A stretch of DNA of 60,447 nucleotides from a virus (IMGVR_UViG_3300045282_000062:1-60447), one strand, 5' to 3'; numbered from the stretch's first letter, positions 28,977-39,705 are shown. Program-made: numbers and translations. Notes: generated by a model not told the origin, from the sequence alone.

Positions 28977-29372
28977 TTACACTGTGGGCGCTGGCGCGGT
29001 GCCATCAGCTGGCGGTGCTGGTTCAGTCACCGGTGCATCAGGGTTTAAATCATCCAATCCCTGTGCCAATGTTTTCAAACGTGCTATTGCTGCGTCTACA
29101 CCGGGTGTAGATCCACCGCCAGCAGCTATTTCAGCTTCCAGGGTGCCGATTTCAGCAGTGAGTTCAGTTTTCGATTTGTCCAGTTGATCGGCTATGCCGT
29201 TCAATTGGGCCTCTACTTCAGCTTGTGTGGCCATGATTAAATCAGTTTTAACGTTAAAAATATGTTTGAATTCGCTGATTTTTTCCAGTACAAGTTCCAT
29301 GAAGTCTTTCAGCATGCCGTCATGCGGATTTTCAAATTTATGAATAACTTCTACTTTTATTTCCAGCGCCAT
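28977..29372 (-). CDS. Acidic coiled-coil protein
   Basis: Heptad pattern; TAAATTCG box and operator upstream. Confidence 0.65.
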   Translation of the reverse strand: MALEIKVEVIHKFENPHDGMLKDFMELVLEKISEFKHIFNVKTDLIMATQAEVEAQLNGIADQLDKSKTELTAEIGTLEAEIAAGGGSTPGVDAAIARLKTLAQGLDDLNPDAPVTEPAPPADGTAPAPTV

Positions 29373-29384
29373 GGATACGAATTT

Positions 29385-29401
29385 AGTACTTTTTTGTTAC
29401 T
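29385..29401. promoter_or_regulatory. Operator-like site AGTACT-N5-GTTACT
   Basis: Overlaps the promoter-like box upstream of 29372. Confidence 0.55.
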
Positions 29402-29418
29402 AACAAATTAAATTATGA

Positions 29419-29598
29419 TTATCTTGCTACACGTTTAATGCGTGGGTTTTTCATCAGGGCTGAATGGCCTGCATTACGGGCGGCACTGGCCACGATGGCG
29501 TGGGCGCGGTTTAGGCTGATGCCTTCCTTTTTAGAAATGTGGGCTGACACGGCAGCAAAGCCCGGATGTTTGGCGGTATGTTTTACTTTTGGTGGCAT
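29419..29598 (-). CDS. Small basic protein (likely start 29598)
   Basis: MPPKVKHTAKHPGF...NPRIKRVAR, strongly basic. Confidence 0.6.
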   Translation of the reverse strand: MPPKVKHTAKHPGFAAVSAHISKKEGISLNRAHAIVASAARNAGHSALMKNPRIKRVAR

Positions 29599-29785
29599 AG
29601 TATAAAATTTTATTTTATGGAAGTTATGAATTTTTCTGTGGATCTGGATCTGAAAACCATTTTTGCGCAGATATCGGACGGCGGCCAAATTCAAATGGTC
29701 AATATCGATTTAGATAAATACCAGGCGTTTTTGGATCAAAACCGATTGAAACAAAATAAAAAATCTTTGGTGTCCTACCTTACCG

Positions 29786-30022
29786 CTAATCCAGTGGCTG
29801 TTTAAGCCCCATTTTTTGTTTCACTTCATCAAATAGTATGCCCGGCACCTGTCCGGGTATTTCTTTTTTATGATCATTTAGGCCATAGAAAATTTCATCA
29901 GGTATGCCATCCACCGGAAATGCCGGACACGTACCATCTTCAATATCGAAATGAATACAGGCGAAACATATCGGACGGTCATATATCATGGGCGTAATAA
30001 TTTTAAAGTCTCTGCTTTCCAC
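29786..30022 (-). CDS. Small Cys/His protein, candidate immunity partner
   Basis: CFACIHF...CPAFP..GIPDEI..G.NDH; overlaps the end of the MuF-like gene. Confidence 0.6.
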   Translation of the reverse strand: MESRDFKIITPMIYDRPICFACIHFDIEDGTCPAFPVDGIPDEIFYGLNDHKKEIPGQVPGILFDEVKQKMGLKQPLD

Positions 30023-31911
30023 ACGCTGAATTTAGTACCTGTGCCCTGCACAAAATCGGTATAGTAAGTTTGCAGCATTGTGTCACCTATTTCCGTGGCC
30101 AGTTCGCGGGGCTTTGGCGCGCCAATATATTCGGCCCATCCTTCAGCAATCATTTCAGCTTTTAATGAACTTGCACTAGCTGATCGGGCGCCGGCTGTGG
30201 CCGCGTATGTACTTAATTTTGTAGCCACTGATGGTTCACCTAAAGCCCGTTCACGATTATAAATAGCATTGAATTCGGGCGAATTTCTAAACCCTGTCAA
30301 TTTATCAATTTCGTGGCCGTATTCGTGCGTCAGGATCTGCTGATAATCCTGCGTACCCGGCACCCACCAGCCATTTGCTATTTGCTTTTCTACATGCGCG
30401 ATGTAGTCAGTTCTATTTATTTGTTGTTCGTTTGCGTACACGCCGGTATATTTTGCCAGTTTAAGCGTTTTACCTTCGTTAGTATAATCCTGATATTGTA
30501 CACTCATGGCGTGTGTGGTTTTGCCCCACGAAACGGGCGCTGATCTGGCGAATTTAGCCGCAGAATTGTCAGCCACTTTTTGCCCATACAATTTGACATA
30601 GTTTTGATACCGGTCCAAAGATTTATAGAAAGTGAGCGCATCCGCTTTTATTTGGGTTTTCATGGCCTGTAAACTGCCTGTGCCGGTTATTTTGTAATCT
30701 TTAAAAATGGCCAGCTGATCATGTAGCTGCTGATTCATCTGATTAGCGGCTGTTAAATTCAATTTCCCGTAATTCACAAAATCCAGTCCAAGTGATTTTG
30801 CGTAGGCATTCGCTTCAGCAATAGTGGTGGCTTCTTTAAAATCAGGCAGCTGCCTGGTGGCAGGCGCTGGTGCCGGCGCAGGTGCCGGCGCAGGGGGCGG
30901 CACTGGCTTCGTATCTGCCGGGGCTGGTGATGGCGGCGGTTCAGGCTTTGGCGCCGGCACGGGCACTTTGCCCACATTCACGGCAGCCATCACCCTGTTA
31001 TATGTTTCCGGGTCCGTCTGCTGCACGTACTGATCAGTCACCGGCCGGGGCTGGTGCCCGCAGTTATACCCACCTAACAATATCAGAAAATTAGCCGGCG
31101 TTTCGGTCGGATACATACCCTGCGGCAATCCTGTCTTATCGTATAGCGGCACCTTTGTCAGTTCGCCTGTTTTCTTATCTGTGTAATACAGGCCATCAGC
31201 TTTCATCAAAGATGGTATTTCGGACACATGGAAAAACCGGCGTTCGTGCATCGCTATGCAAAATGGCCGGCTGGTTTCTATCAAAGAATTCGCGTAGTCA
31301 TACCATTGAAAATTCAAATCATCTGTCACCGTCTTTGTGTACTGCCTGGTGAATTGATTAATGGCATCCGTAGTTATCTGCCGGACGTATTTAGTCAGCA
31401 GGCCATCATCTTTACTGGTATCCGTCAAAGTTTTCCGCAGCTGGTTTTCCAAACTTTTATACGATCCGCCAGCTGTAATACCTGTCTGTAGAATTTGTGC
31501 TATTTCATCAGCGATATTCGGCCCCACGCCATTTTCTGTTAGCGAATTCACGGTATCCTGGACGGCCTGCGTCCTGATTTCGCGCAGCAGTGGCCCCGGG
31601 GTAAATGAAGCTTCCACCGTTTTCCAATAGGAATTCTGCAAGGTGGCCACTGTCTGATAGGTATCTACAAATTGTTTGACCTGATTTAAATAGTCATCCG
31701 TCATAATCAGGCCATCCAACTTTCCTTTAATACTGTTAACAATTTTAATATTGTTAACTGTAGTTTTGATATCATCATTGGCGTCCGTGTCCAGCCGTTT
31801 CAATTGCTGTAGGATACCATCTAACATATCCTGCTGGATACCCGGAATGCCGGCGTTAAAATCCGCAATGGATTTATTGATAAGCTTTACGATATCATTA
31901 AATGTGGCCAT
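29986..31911 (-). CDS. MuF/gp7-like minor head protein with a C-terminal HExxH domain
   Basis: After the portal; SRPFC and GGYNCGH, Pro/Ala linker, HEYGH and EMIAEGW. Confidence 0.75.
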   Translation of the reverse strand: MATFNDIVKLINKSIADFNAGIPGIQQDMLDGILQQLKRLDTDANDDIKTTVNNIKIVNSIKGKLDGLIMTDDYLNQVKQFVDTYQTVATLQNSYWKTVEASFTPGPLLREIRTQAVQDTVNSLTENGVGPNIADEIAQILQTGITAGGSYKSLENQLRKTLTDTSKDDGLLTKYVRQITTDAINQFTRQYTKTVTDDLNFQWYDYANSLIETSRPFCIAMHERRFFHVSEIPSLMKADGLYYTDKKTGELTKVPLYDKTGLPQGMYPTETPANFLILLGGYNCGHQPRPVTDQYVQQTDPETYNRVMAAVNVGKVPVPAPKPEPPPSPAPADTKPVPPPAPAPAPAPAPATRQLPDFKEATTIAEANAYAKSLGLDFVNYGKLNLTAANQMNQQLHDQLAIFKDYKITGTGSLQAMKTQIKADALTFYKSLDRYQNYVKLYGQKVADNSAAKFARSAPVSWGKTTHAMSVQYQDYTNEGKTLKLAKYTGVYANEQQINRTDYIAHVEKQIANGWWVPGTQDYQQILTHEYGHEIDKLTGFRNSPEFNAIYNRERALGEPSVATKLSTYAATAGARSASASSLKAEMIAEGWAEYIGAPKPRELATEIGDTMLQTYYTDFVQGTGTKFSVWKAETLKLLRP

Positions 31912-33980
31912 TATTTAGCCGCCACGGGGCGTATCACTAAACTATTCCCGTGCAGACTTCCGTCCTGGTTAGTACCTGTTAATTGCGACTGCTGCCCGGG
32001 CTGCGCGCCGACTGCCGGGGGCGCTGCTGCATTGCCGGCCCCTAACGCTGCATCATCTTTTACTACTACCCTTTCCTGTCCTACTGCGCTAATCGGAATA
32101 ACGCGGGCAGCCGCCGTGTTTGCGTCTATTTGTTCTTTTGCGTATTTTTTCATCACCGCTTTCTGATCTTTCAGATTCTTATCCGCAAATTTGTCATCTT
32201 CATCTAATGCCCGCTGCACGAATTCCTGGATATTGCTGCTGATAACATAAGTTTCCTGCGTCACGCCTTTACTGGCCAGCATTCCTAGTTTCGCGTCATC
32301 TGATATATTCGGCAGCGGATCTAATTTTAGCACCAGCACCAGCCTGTCACGCACATCAGGGACCAAACTAAACCGCTTTGAGCAATATTCTATTTCCATA
32401 GCATTCAAAATAACCGGGTTAACCTTGTTCGTTTTCGCATCTGCCAATTCTTTTTCAGCCGTGGCGATGTATAAAATATCAAAGTTTTCCGGCACTGCGA
32501 TTTTAGGCAGCATATCATCTTCAATATCATCCGCAGGATACAGCGCGCCATACCGGTACAGGGCTATAATTTTCATGCAGCTATCCATGGCAGCTACAAT
32601 ATCTTCCGCCACGCCATGCGTGAAATTGTTACTTTCATCCCTATCCACCGCCTTTGCCACGCCTGCCTGCGTCAGCGGGGTGTCAGCCATAAATTGAAAA
32701 TTTATAGCTGCAAGCGCATTGTATAGATGTTGTTCTACTGATTCATCCTGGTATTTAACGGTGGCAACATCTTTTTGAATGTAGCCAGCTGGCGGCGTGG
32801 GCGCTGGTGTCTGACCTTCCAAAGTACTGGACGGCCTGACAATCATTTTACCAAATGGCCCGGCATTTACTACCACACCTAAACCTTTACAATCTTCGCA
32901 TTGCACGGTTTCGGGGCAATTGCAGTTTTCTGTCCACGATGGATTATGTAAAAAACCGTTACCCTTACAATGCGGGCAGTTTACATTTGAATACTGCCAG
33001 CGTTCAGGATAGATATTTAAAACTTTTGCCGCTTGCAGGTCACTGTATTCGCGGACCGCTTCATTTAATTCCGGCAGCATGCCAGCTACTTTGCTTTCAT
33101 ACATGAATTCATCGCCAGCCTGATCAACTAAAATCCCTTTTAATTTGAACGCTGGCAATACACCCAAACCATGCGTAAATGGATAGCCGGGTGAATCAAC
33201 ATAATCACCTTTGCCGTTCGACTGATCATAGCGGAAAATCTGCTGCGTAGTCACTACATAGAAACTGTATCCTGTATGGGCGGTATTTCGGACATAATAG
33301 TTACAGCCTTCAGGAATATTTAAAACGCAGTAATTTCCTTCCGCGTAATCTATGACATCTTCGCTATTAAAAACAGTGGGAAATGGTTTGTAATATTCGT
33401 TATCAGCTTTAACCAAATCCAATGGCTGAATATAAACTACTGCATTCGGGTCCACCAAATATTTGCGCAGCATCGCTGTAAAAATCCAGTTCGTTAATTC
33501 ACCAAAATAAGGAAATTCATGGCATGTATAATGTTCTAAAGTTTCTTCATCTGCTATTCTGGAAAATTCATTTTTATTCGCCCACAATATGGACCAATCA
33601 GATGACCTACGGATTTTTTGCAGCGCTGTCAGTACTTTATTAAACGTGGGTTTTGTTTTCGCTTCATAAATTTGATACCGGTAATCAAAAACAACTTCCG
33701 GTTCATTCGGGCGCCTATCTTTAATTAATTTACCGGGAAAAATGCCGTCTGCATGCACACGCAGCGTTCCTGCATGCCACACAGACATCCTGTAGAATGT
33801 ATGCATGATACCGGGCAGCGGCCTAAATTGCGCGGCTGCATTTTCCAGGCCCACGCCAGTATTTTGATCAGGTAAATTCGGATCACGGTCAAATAAATAA
33901 CTGAATTCATTACGATGCAGACGCGCTACGGCATCTGCATAGTTATCTATTTCTACGGGGGTGAATTCTAATTTAACCAT
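31911..33980 (-). CDS. Putative portal protein with a CxxCxGxG insertion
   Basis: 689 aa upstream of the MuF-like gene; AGVAKAVDRD portal-like motif. Confidence 0.72.
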   Translation of the reverse strand: MVKLEFTPVEIDNYADAVARLHRNEFSYLFDRDPNLPDQNTGVGLENAAAQFRPLPGIMHTFYRMSVWHAGTLRVHADGIFPGKLIKDRRPNEPEVVFDYRYQIYEAKTKPTFNKVLTALQKIRRSSDWSILWANKNEFSRIADEETLEHYTCHEFPYFGELTNWIFTAMLRKYLVDPNAVVYIQPLDLVKADNEYYKPFPTVFNSEDVIDYAEGNYCVLNIPEGCNYYVRNTAHTGYSFYVVTTQQIFRYDQSNGKGDYVDSPGYPFTHGLGVLPAFKLKGILVDQAGDEFMYESKVAGMLPELNEAVREYSDLQAAKVLNIYPERWQYSNVNCPHCKGNGFLHNPSWTENCNCPETVQCEDCKGLGVVVNAGPFGKMIVRPSSTLEGQTPAPTPPAGYIQKDVATVKYQDESVEQHLYNALAAINFQFMADTPLTQAGVAKAVDRDESNNFTHGVAEDIVAAMDSCMKIIALYRYGALYPADDIEDDMLPKIAVPENFDILYIATAEKELADAKTNKVNPVILNAMEIEYCSKRFSLVPDVRDRLVLVLKLDPLPNISDDAKLGMLASKGVTQETYVISSNIQEFVQRALDEDDKFADKNLKDQKAVMKKYAKEQIDANTAAARVIPISAVGQERVVVKDDAALGAGNAAAPPAVGAQPGQQSQLTGTNQDGSLHGNSLVIRPVAAK

Positions 33981-33983
33981 GAT

Positions 33984-34838
33984 TTACATTTTATCCCTGA
34001 CGGTGGGTAAAAAAGATTTTTTATCGAGTATCGAAAACAAATGTTGCAGCCCAATTTTACTGCATGCAGCGCTGGCCAAACGGTCATACATCTTTTTGAT
34101 CGTATTGCTATTGCGATTGCTGCCAAAACTCATTATATAATACTTTTCATAGAGTTCACGCGGCGGCGGCACGATCATATGATTTAACTGGTGCCAGTAA
34201 GAAGCTTTCCATTTATAAATATGCGGTGATATGCCGGCTTCAGCTGCTGCGATATTTACGCCCAATTCATCAGGCACCGCATGTGCAAAATTAGACACTG
34301 TAGCCAGCCCATGATTTTGCGTAATTTCCAGCGCCCTGTTAATGATCTTTGCCCCTTCCTGATTATAGTACATGAATTCTGTGCGCCACTGATGCATGGG
34401 GGCTTTGAATTCATATTTAGTACGCGCTTCGCCAGGATCACACCAAAAATAGTATAGCCCTGTGTCACCTTCCTTGCCTTCCGTCACACCAGTAAAATTA
34501 ACATCTTTTAAGCTTTCAAATAATTCGCTAGGTTTCTTTTCAGGTAGCCAAAGCGTATCGGCGTCAATTACCAGGTTGTTTTCAAACGGGCTGTATTTAG
34601 GCACATGCAATTTAGCGCAGGTATTGGCCGGCACTTCCGGCCCCACTTCAATTATTTCATCGAATACCTTTATTTGATGTTTGCCGATATGATTAAGCGC
34701 GATGCCGCTGTGCAGCACTGCGATATTTACAGATGATTCTACCGCTTTGATCGATGCAGCCAGCGTAAACGCCATACGGCCATACTGTGGGTGTCCCACA
34801 GCCACTATACAGATTCCGTTTTTATATTCTATACGCAT
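33984..34838 (-). CDS. GT-A (GT8-like) glycosyltransferase
   Basis: LAASIK, VIDADTLW (DxD), VPDE. Confidence 0.72.
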   Translation of the reverse strand: MRIEYKNGICIVAVGHPQYGRMAFTLAASIKAVESSVNIAVLHSGIALNHIGKHQIKVFDEIIEVGPEVPANTCAKLHVPKYSPFENNLVIDADTLWLPEKKPSELFESLKDVNFTGVTEGKEGDTGLYYFWCDPGEARTKYEFKAPMHQWRTEFMYYNQEGAKIINRALEITQNHGLATVSNFAHAVPDELGVNIAAAEAGISPHIYKWKASYWHQLNHMIVPPPRELYEKYYIMSFGSNRNSNTIKKMYDRLASAACSKIGLQHLFSILDKKSFLPTVRDKM

Positions 34839-36025
34839 GGGCCAAAATATGAATAACTAAATGATGGATCACCAAAACCATTAATGTATGTGGGCGCTGC
34901 CGGGGCCGTCTGCATAGCACACACACGCCGCGCAAACCCATTAGGCAAATAAATCGTGATGTAGCTGCCATTGCAATCCAAATAGGTTGCATTGATATGG
35001 CCACCCACGCCTGCGCCTGGGCACGGAATACAACTATAAAGTAAATCATACAGGCCGCAAAGTGATGTTTCCGGGGCCGTGGCAAAATCCACTTCAATAT
35101 AATTGCTGGCCGTGCTGTCATCGTGATTATTTGATGGACCGGCGCACTGACTACGCACAAAAACTTTATAATTCGTGGCCGGCGTCAAACCGGTTAGACT
35201 GATCGGGCTGCCGCTGCTATTGCCATCTAATTGGAAAACGCCACCTATATACAGCTGGAAATAGTAGTGGTCAGGCGCTGGCGATGGCGGGGTAAAATGA
35301 ATTTCAGCGCTAGTGGTAGTAACATTCTGCATGTTTACACCAGTAGGCGCCAGGCAGCTGGAAACTTGTGTGCCATTGATATCACCACTTACTGTGGCTT
35401 CATCATAACTGCCATCGCTACAGGTCACGCGGTATGTTACCAGCACGATGCCGTTCGCATCCGGCAGATTCGTTTTAACATGCACAGTAACTTTGCCCGT
35501 TTGATCAATTACTGCGCTGTCTAAAAAATCAGTATTGTATGTAGTTATCGAAAACGTGGCAGGAAAGCAGCAAATTTTATCATTTGTTTCCACCTGAATA
35601 TTGTGCGTAGTGTTTTCGTCTAACGCAGCAGGAAACACATCATTTACCAGGTCCAGCTGCTGCGCTTCATCGCAGGTCATACAGTTACTATTGGTGCCGT
35701 CAAACGGTGTCACATCAGCGTTAAATGCACCTTTGGCTAGTGGATAGTCCAGCAGTTTGACCCAATCCACAGTATAGTCACCGTTTTTAGAAATACCGCC
35801 CACGTATTTATCAGATTCGATTTGCACAGTGTCATGCGCTAGGGCTATATTGATTCGTTCATGCCATTTTTCCGGCAGGTTATCCGTTTCGCCATCATAT
35901 CTTTTGGTGATGACTACGGACAGCGTTTTTATCGTGCCGTCACTTTTGGTAAATACCTGCTTTTTTTCCGGCCATTGGGGCCGTAAAATCTGCATGGGCA
36001 TTCTAATCCTGTTGCGGAATGACAT
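34829..36025 (-). CDS. Cys-rich tail protein with Ig/FN3 domains
   Basis: CLAPTGV...LTGLTPATNYKVFVRSQC FN3 signature; 13 Cys. Confidence 0.7.
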   Translation of the reverse strand: MSFRNRIRMPMQILRPQWPEKKQVFTKSDGTIKTLSVVITKRYDGETDNLPEKWHERINIALAHDTVQIESDKYVGGISKNGDYTVDWVKLLDYPLAKGAFNADVTPFDGTNSNCMTCDEAQQLDLVNDVFPAALDENTTHNIQVETNDKICCFPATFSITTYNTDFLDSAVIDQTGKVTVHVKTNLPDANGIVLVTYRVTCSDGSYDEATVSGDINGTQVSSCLAPTGVNMQNVTTTSAEIHFTPPSPAPDHYYFQLYIGGVFQLDGNSSGSPISLTGLTPATNYKVFVRSQCAGPSNNHDDSTASNYIEVDFATAPETSLCGLYDLLYSCIPCPGAGVGGHINATYLDCNGSYITIYLPNGFARRVCAMQTAPAAPTYINGFGDPSFSYSYFGPCV

Positions 36026-36103
36026 TTTTTACTATATTTGATTTGGTAAATTTTCTTTGTTCCAAGCTAAAAGCATCGGCCTGCATTTTTATGCGGGCTT
36101 CTT

Positions 36104-36385
36104 TTATTGCATGATGTTGGAAAATTCACGGCCATACAATGCCACGTAGTAATTTAAATTTGTCCTTACGCAGTTTTTTATCCTTTCTTCCACCGTCAAA
36201 TCAGGCCGCGCTGCCAGGAATTTATCAATTTCTGCAATCAGCGCCGGATCATCCTGCGCGCTGTCAAACACATCAGCCGGATCAGTGTCCAGTGGGCACT
36301 TAGTTATGTAGATCCAATCAGGGCGATAATTACCGAAATCAATACGGCCCTGATTCTGATTGATTTTAAAACCGTTTAAGTCCAT
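36104..36385 (-). CDS. Hypothetical protein
   Basis: ORF followed by a hairpin at about 36079-36098. Confidence 0.55.
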   Translation of the reverse strand: MDLNGFKINQNQGRIDFGNYRPDWIYITKCPLDTDPADVFDSAQDDPALIAEIDKFLAARPDLTVEERIKNCVRTNLNYYVALYGREFSNIMQ

Positions 36386-36391
36386 AACACT

Positions 36392-37147
36392 TTAATTTAT
36401 TTTTACAAAACCTGACGCACTGCCGCCCAAATCGATATCAATCTGCGTAGGCGGAAACGCATCCAAAGTAACTGACAGGCCTGCATCGATCAGCGTGCCT
36501 GTATCATCATAAATCCACACGCTGACAGTGGGCGCTATGCCATATTTGGCCTGCATGGCTGCTGTGTACGGTATTGCCAGGGTCAGCTGGTTAGTGAATT
36601 GAATAAATGTTGGATCACAATCATCACCGGCGCCATCTACACTTTGATTCGCCCCCGCGCAATATGAAAATCCAAAAGCATTATCTTCATTGCCATAATC
36701 CAAAATGCTGGTGTGGCAGATGCCGTCTATCCGGGTAAAACAATTGCTGCAAAATTCATAGGTGCTGTAAAGTACCTGAATTTCTATTTTGATTATGAAG
36801 CAATCGGCCACACTGAAAACGGAATCAAAGCCCACCAAACCGCCTGTGCAATTATACAAAATTGTTTTTGGCCCGATCCTGAAGCGTTCAGTTTTCCATG
36901 GAAAAGTTACCATTAAATTACTGTCACAATGATCAGTCAGCCCAATGGTCACTAAATCATTTTCCAAATCGCACAGGGCGTTTGCTTCATCTTCAGTATC
37001 GGTATTAATGAAAAATTGCCAGGCTACATCACTGGCGGTGTAAACTGGCAGGCACATATTAATGATCCTGAAATTGCATGAAAGCACTTCGCTTGATTCG
37101 CCAAACTGGACGAAACTATGCTTTGGCGATGCGATTGATAGCGGCAT
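36392..37147 (-). CDS. Cys-rich tail tip protein
   Basis: 11 Cys; C-terminal DLGGxxxG domain shared with three other ORFs. Confidence 0.62.
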   Translation of the reverse strand: MPLSIASPKHSFVQFGESSEVLSCNFRIINMCLPVYTASDVAWQFFINTDTEDEANALCDLENDLVTIGLTDHCDSNLMVTFPWKTERFRIGPKTILYNCTGGLVGFDSVFSVADCFIIKIEIQVLYSTYEFCSNCFTRIDGICHTSILDYGNEDNAFGFSYCAGANQSVDGAGDDCDPTFIQFTNQLTLAIPYTAAMQAKYGIAPTVSVWIYDDTGTLIDAGLSVTLDAFPPTQIDIDLGGSASGFVKIN

Positions 37148-39379
37148 TTATACGGTCCATTTTTTACGTAAAACAATGTGGGCAGTGCCCAAATTCGGCT
37201 GGTATTTTATTTCCTTTATCCATCCTTTTTCAAAATCTGCACTGCCACACTGATAGCTGATATAGCCATAGGGATTTAATTTTATCTTTTTATAGTCGCC
37301 CAATGCCATAGGGTAATCAAATTCTACAGATTCATTTCGCCACAGCGGCGTGGCGTCCAAAGGATCTGCAAACTGTGTAGGCGCTAAATTTTGGTTTTCC
37401 TGTATGGGTAAATTTTCCAGCCGGCAACTGCCCCCATATATGGCGGCTAACTCACCTTTGGCTAAAATATTACCTGTACCGGAATTAAAACTAAGCCTAT
37501 TATCCGAATCAACAATATTTGGAAAACTGGCAGCAATGCTTCTAAACCATCTGAATAGATTGCGGACCGGTGAAATTCCGTAATTCAAAACTGATGTGGG
37601 TGAAAAAATATTTTCAGGCGCAGATACGTTTCCTTGTTCCACGATCATCTGCCCATACGGATATCCGTAGCCTGATGAATTCCTGGTAAGCAGGACAATA
37701 AAAGTATCATCATCATAGCTGGTATCCGCTGCATTGGTGTCATCAAATTGTTGTTCACGGGTAATTTCTATGGCGTATTCACCGGCCACCAGCCCGCTGG
37801 TGATATCCAACTGCGTTTTAATAGAATCTAATGGCGTGCGATACTGTCTATCGGAATTGAATTCGTCCAATCCGAAATTATTTAAGGTTTTCCATTTTTT
37901 ATACCCAATGTTAACTGTATTGTAGGCCCGGGCTTCCTCTATTGTTGCTTCCACTACAGGGATGGCCCCGCAGTTCATAATTTCTTTGTCCTGGTAGAAA
38001 TAGTCAAGTGATTCCACCCGGCATAATATGTTTCCTTCAATGTCAGGATCAGTTTCCAGCCCCATGCCGATATTATCAATGGCCTGTAGCCCTTCAATTA
38101 ATTCTTTTAAACTTGCAAAAAATGTAGCGTTTGGGGCGTTACGGATCTTCAGCCCACTGGTAACAAAACGCAGGCCGCCGCAGCCATCTGTATCAAATGC
38201 AAATGGTTCACTGTCTTTACGGCCATAGTATGTACTTTTTACCCGGCAGCAGCTATTGGTGATGGCTTCCGTCATACGGCTAAGTGTTTCGTGGATCAGA
38301 TACCCTTTAGTTTCTGTGGGCGGGCACCCCTTAATTCCTACAGCGCTAAAAAATGATTCCTTATCAAAACTTACCTGCCCGTTTGGTACACTTGATTCAT
38401 CCACTATGATCTGAATCAAATGAAAAATATTATCTGTGCCGCTGGCTACGGGCGTCCAGCTGTAGACAGGAAAAGTATGATCAAATGTTACATTGGGGTT
38501 ATCAATGCCCGGATTAATTAAATCTGTAGATTCAATAATATCCAAAGTATTTATATCAGCAATATCGCCCCGGATCATTAGGATCTTAGCGCTGGCGTGT
38601 GACCCGATCAGTGTCAATCTGCCCTTCAGGCGCCCTGTCACTGTGATGGGGCTGGTAAAACATTGTATGTTAGCTTCATCAAATAACACCTGACTGCTGA
38701 CTATCGGGCTTTTGCCCGGCGCGTCTGCCAGCACGATGTACCCCACGTTTTCGCCCTGCACTAAATGTGATTGCTTTATATTATTATTCGGATTGTTGCC
38801 GTATTCCGGGCGCACCCATATTACGGCGTCACCATGATGGGATGCAGGAAATTCAATTGGTTCTACATCGCCCGCGTCTACCACAGTTCCTTCCGTCCTG
38901 TAGTCCAGCTGCCTGGTAGGCAGTTCAATATTTTCACCTAAAAAGTTATACGGATTTAGGACCGTCACGCCATCAAAGCCCACACCCTTGTCAACATCTA
39001 TCTGCTGATCATACTGATTATTCAGGATAGTTTCACACGTCACGCTTTCAATGGCTACACTTATCGTGCATTCGTTTCCGCAGGCTTTGTGGTAAGTGCC
39101 CATATTTACTTTGCCCACAAGTACGTCCTGGTAAATGCCGTCATCATCACCACACAGCGTTTGCAATTTAAAAACCACTTTGGCTTTCAGCCCCTGTGCC
39201 GTTTTCACGCTTTCCAAATATGCCGCGCCATCACCGTAAAACTGTAGCGGGCTGGTAGTGCTTTCCAGCCCTATGCCATGATTTTGGTCATCACGCACAA
39301 TGGACAGTTCTAAACTGTCCATGCCTATTGGTTCTTCCACCAATACATCATCTAAAAATACTTTGTAAGTCAGGCCCAT
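37148..39379 (-). CDS. Tail tip/baseplate hub-like protein
   Basis: 743 aa downstream of the tape measure; EEPIGMD start, FGLDEFN motif. Confidence 0.65.
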   Translation of the reverse strand: MGLTYKVFLDDVLVEEPIGMDSLELSIVRDDQNHGIGLESTTSPLQFYGDGAAYLESVKTAQGLKAKVVFKLQTLCGDDDGIYQDVLVGKVNMGTYHKACGNECTISVAIESVTCETILNNQYDQQIDVDKGVGFDGVTVLNPYNFLGENIELPTRQLDYRTEGTVVDAGDVEPIEFPASHHGDAVIWVRPEYGNNPNNNIKQSHLVQGENVGYIVLADAPGKSPIVSSQVLFDEANIQCFTSPITVTGRLKGRLTLIGSHASAKILMIRGDIADINTLDIIESTDLINPGIDNPNVTFDHTFPVYSWTPVASGTDNIFHLIQIIVDESSVPNGQVSFDKESFFSAVGIKGCPPTETKGYLIHETLSRMTEAITNSCCRVKSTYYGRKDSEPFAFDTDGCGGLRFVTSGLKIRNAPNATFFASLKELIEGLQAIDNIGMGLETDPDIEGNILCRVESLDYFYQDKEIMNCGAIPVVEATIEEARAYNTVNIGYKKWKTLNNFGLDEFNSDRQYRTPLDSIKTQLDITSGLVAGEYAIEITREQQFDDTNAADTSYDDDTFIVLLTRNSSGYGYPYGQMIVEQGNVSAPENIFSPTSVLNYGISPVRNLFRWFRSIAASFPNIVDSDNRLSFNSGTGNILAKGELAAIYGGSCRLENLPIQENQNLAPTQFADPLDATPLWRNESVEFDYPMALGDYKKIKLNPYGYISYQCGSADFEKGWIKEIKYQPNLGTAHIVLRKKWTV

Positions 39380-39705
39380 GGTAATTTCAACTGATAGTCA
39401 TGCAAATTTCTATGCACATTTACCTGATTCAACATATTAAATCCAGCGCATTTGTGCATTTCAATATATAGATTTTCATACTTAATTAGCGTCAACTGAT
39501 CGACATCTGCCGGCAGTTCAGTTAGCACAGTAAAAATGTGCTTTTCGTGCCCGAAAACCCGGATTGATTTCGCTATATTATTGTTGTGCCGCCAAATTTC
39601 TTTTAGCCGCCGATAGTAAGCCCATCTTTCTTTTACGTTCCTGGTTTGCCCTATATAAATTTTATTGTCGGGCGCTTCTATTTTGTATATGACAGTTACC
39701 CCCAT
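39370..39705 (-). CDS. GIY-YIG homing endonuclease-like protein
   Basis: VIYKI...KIYIGQT...RW. Confidence 0.85.
   Translation of the reverse strand: MGVTVIYKIEAPDNKIYIGQTRNVKERWAYYRRLKEIWRHNNNIAKSIRVFGHEKHIFTVLTELPADVDQLTLIKYENLYIEMHKCAGFNMLNQVNVHRNLHDYQLKLPWA

Noticed and set aside
30860-30965. GC-rich short tandem repeats
   Set aside because: They encode the Pro/Ala linker of the MuF-like protein.
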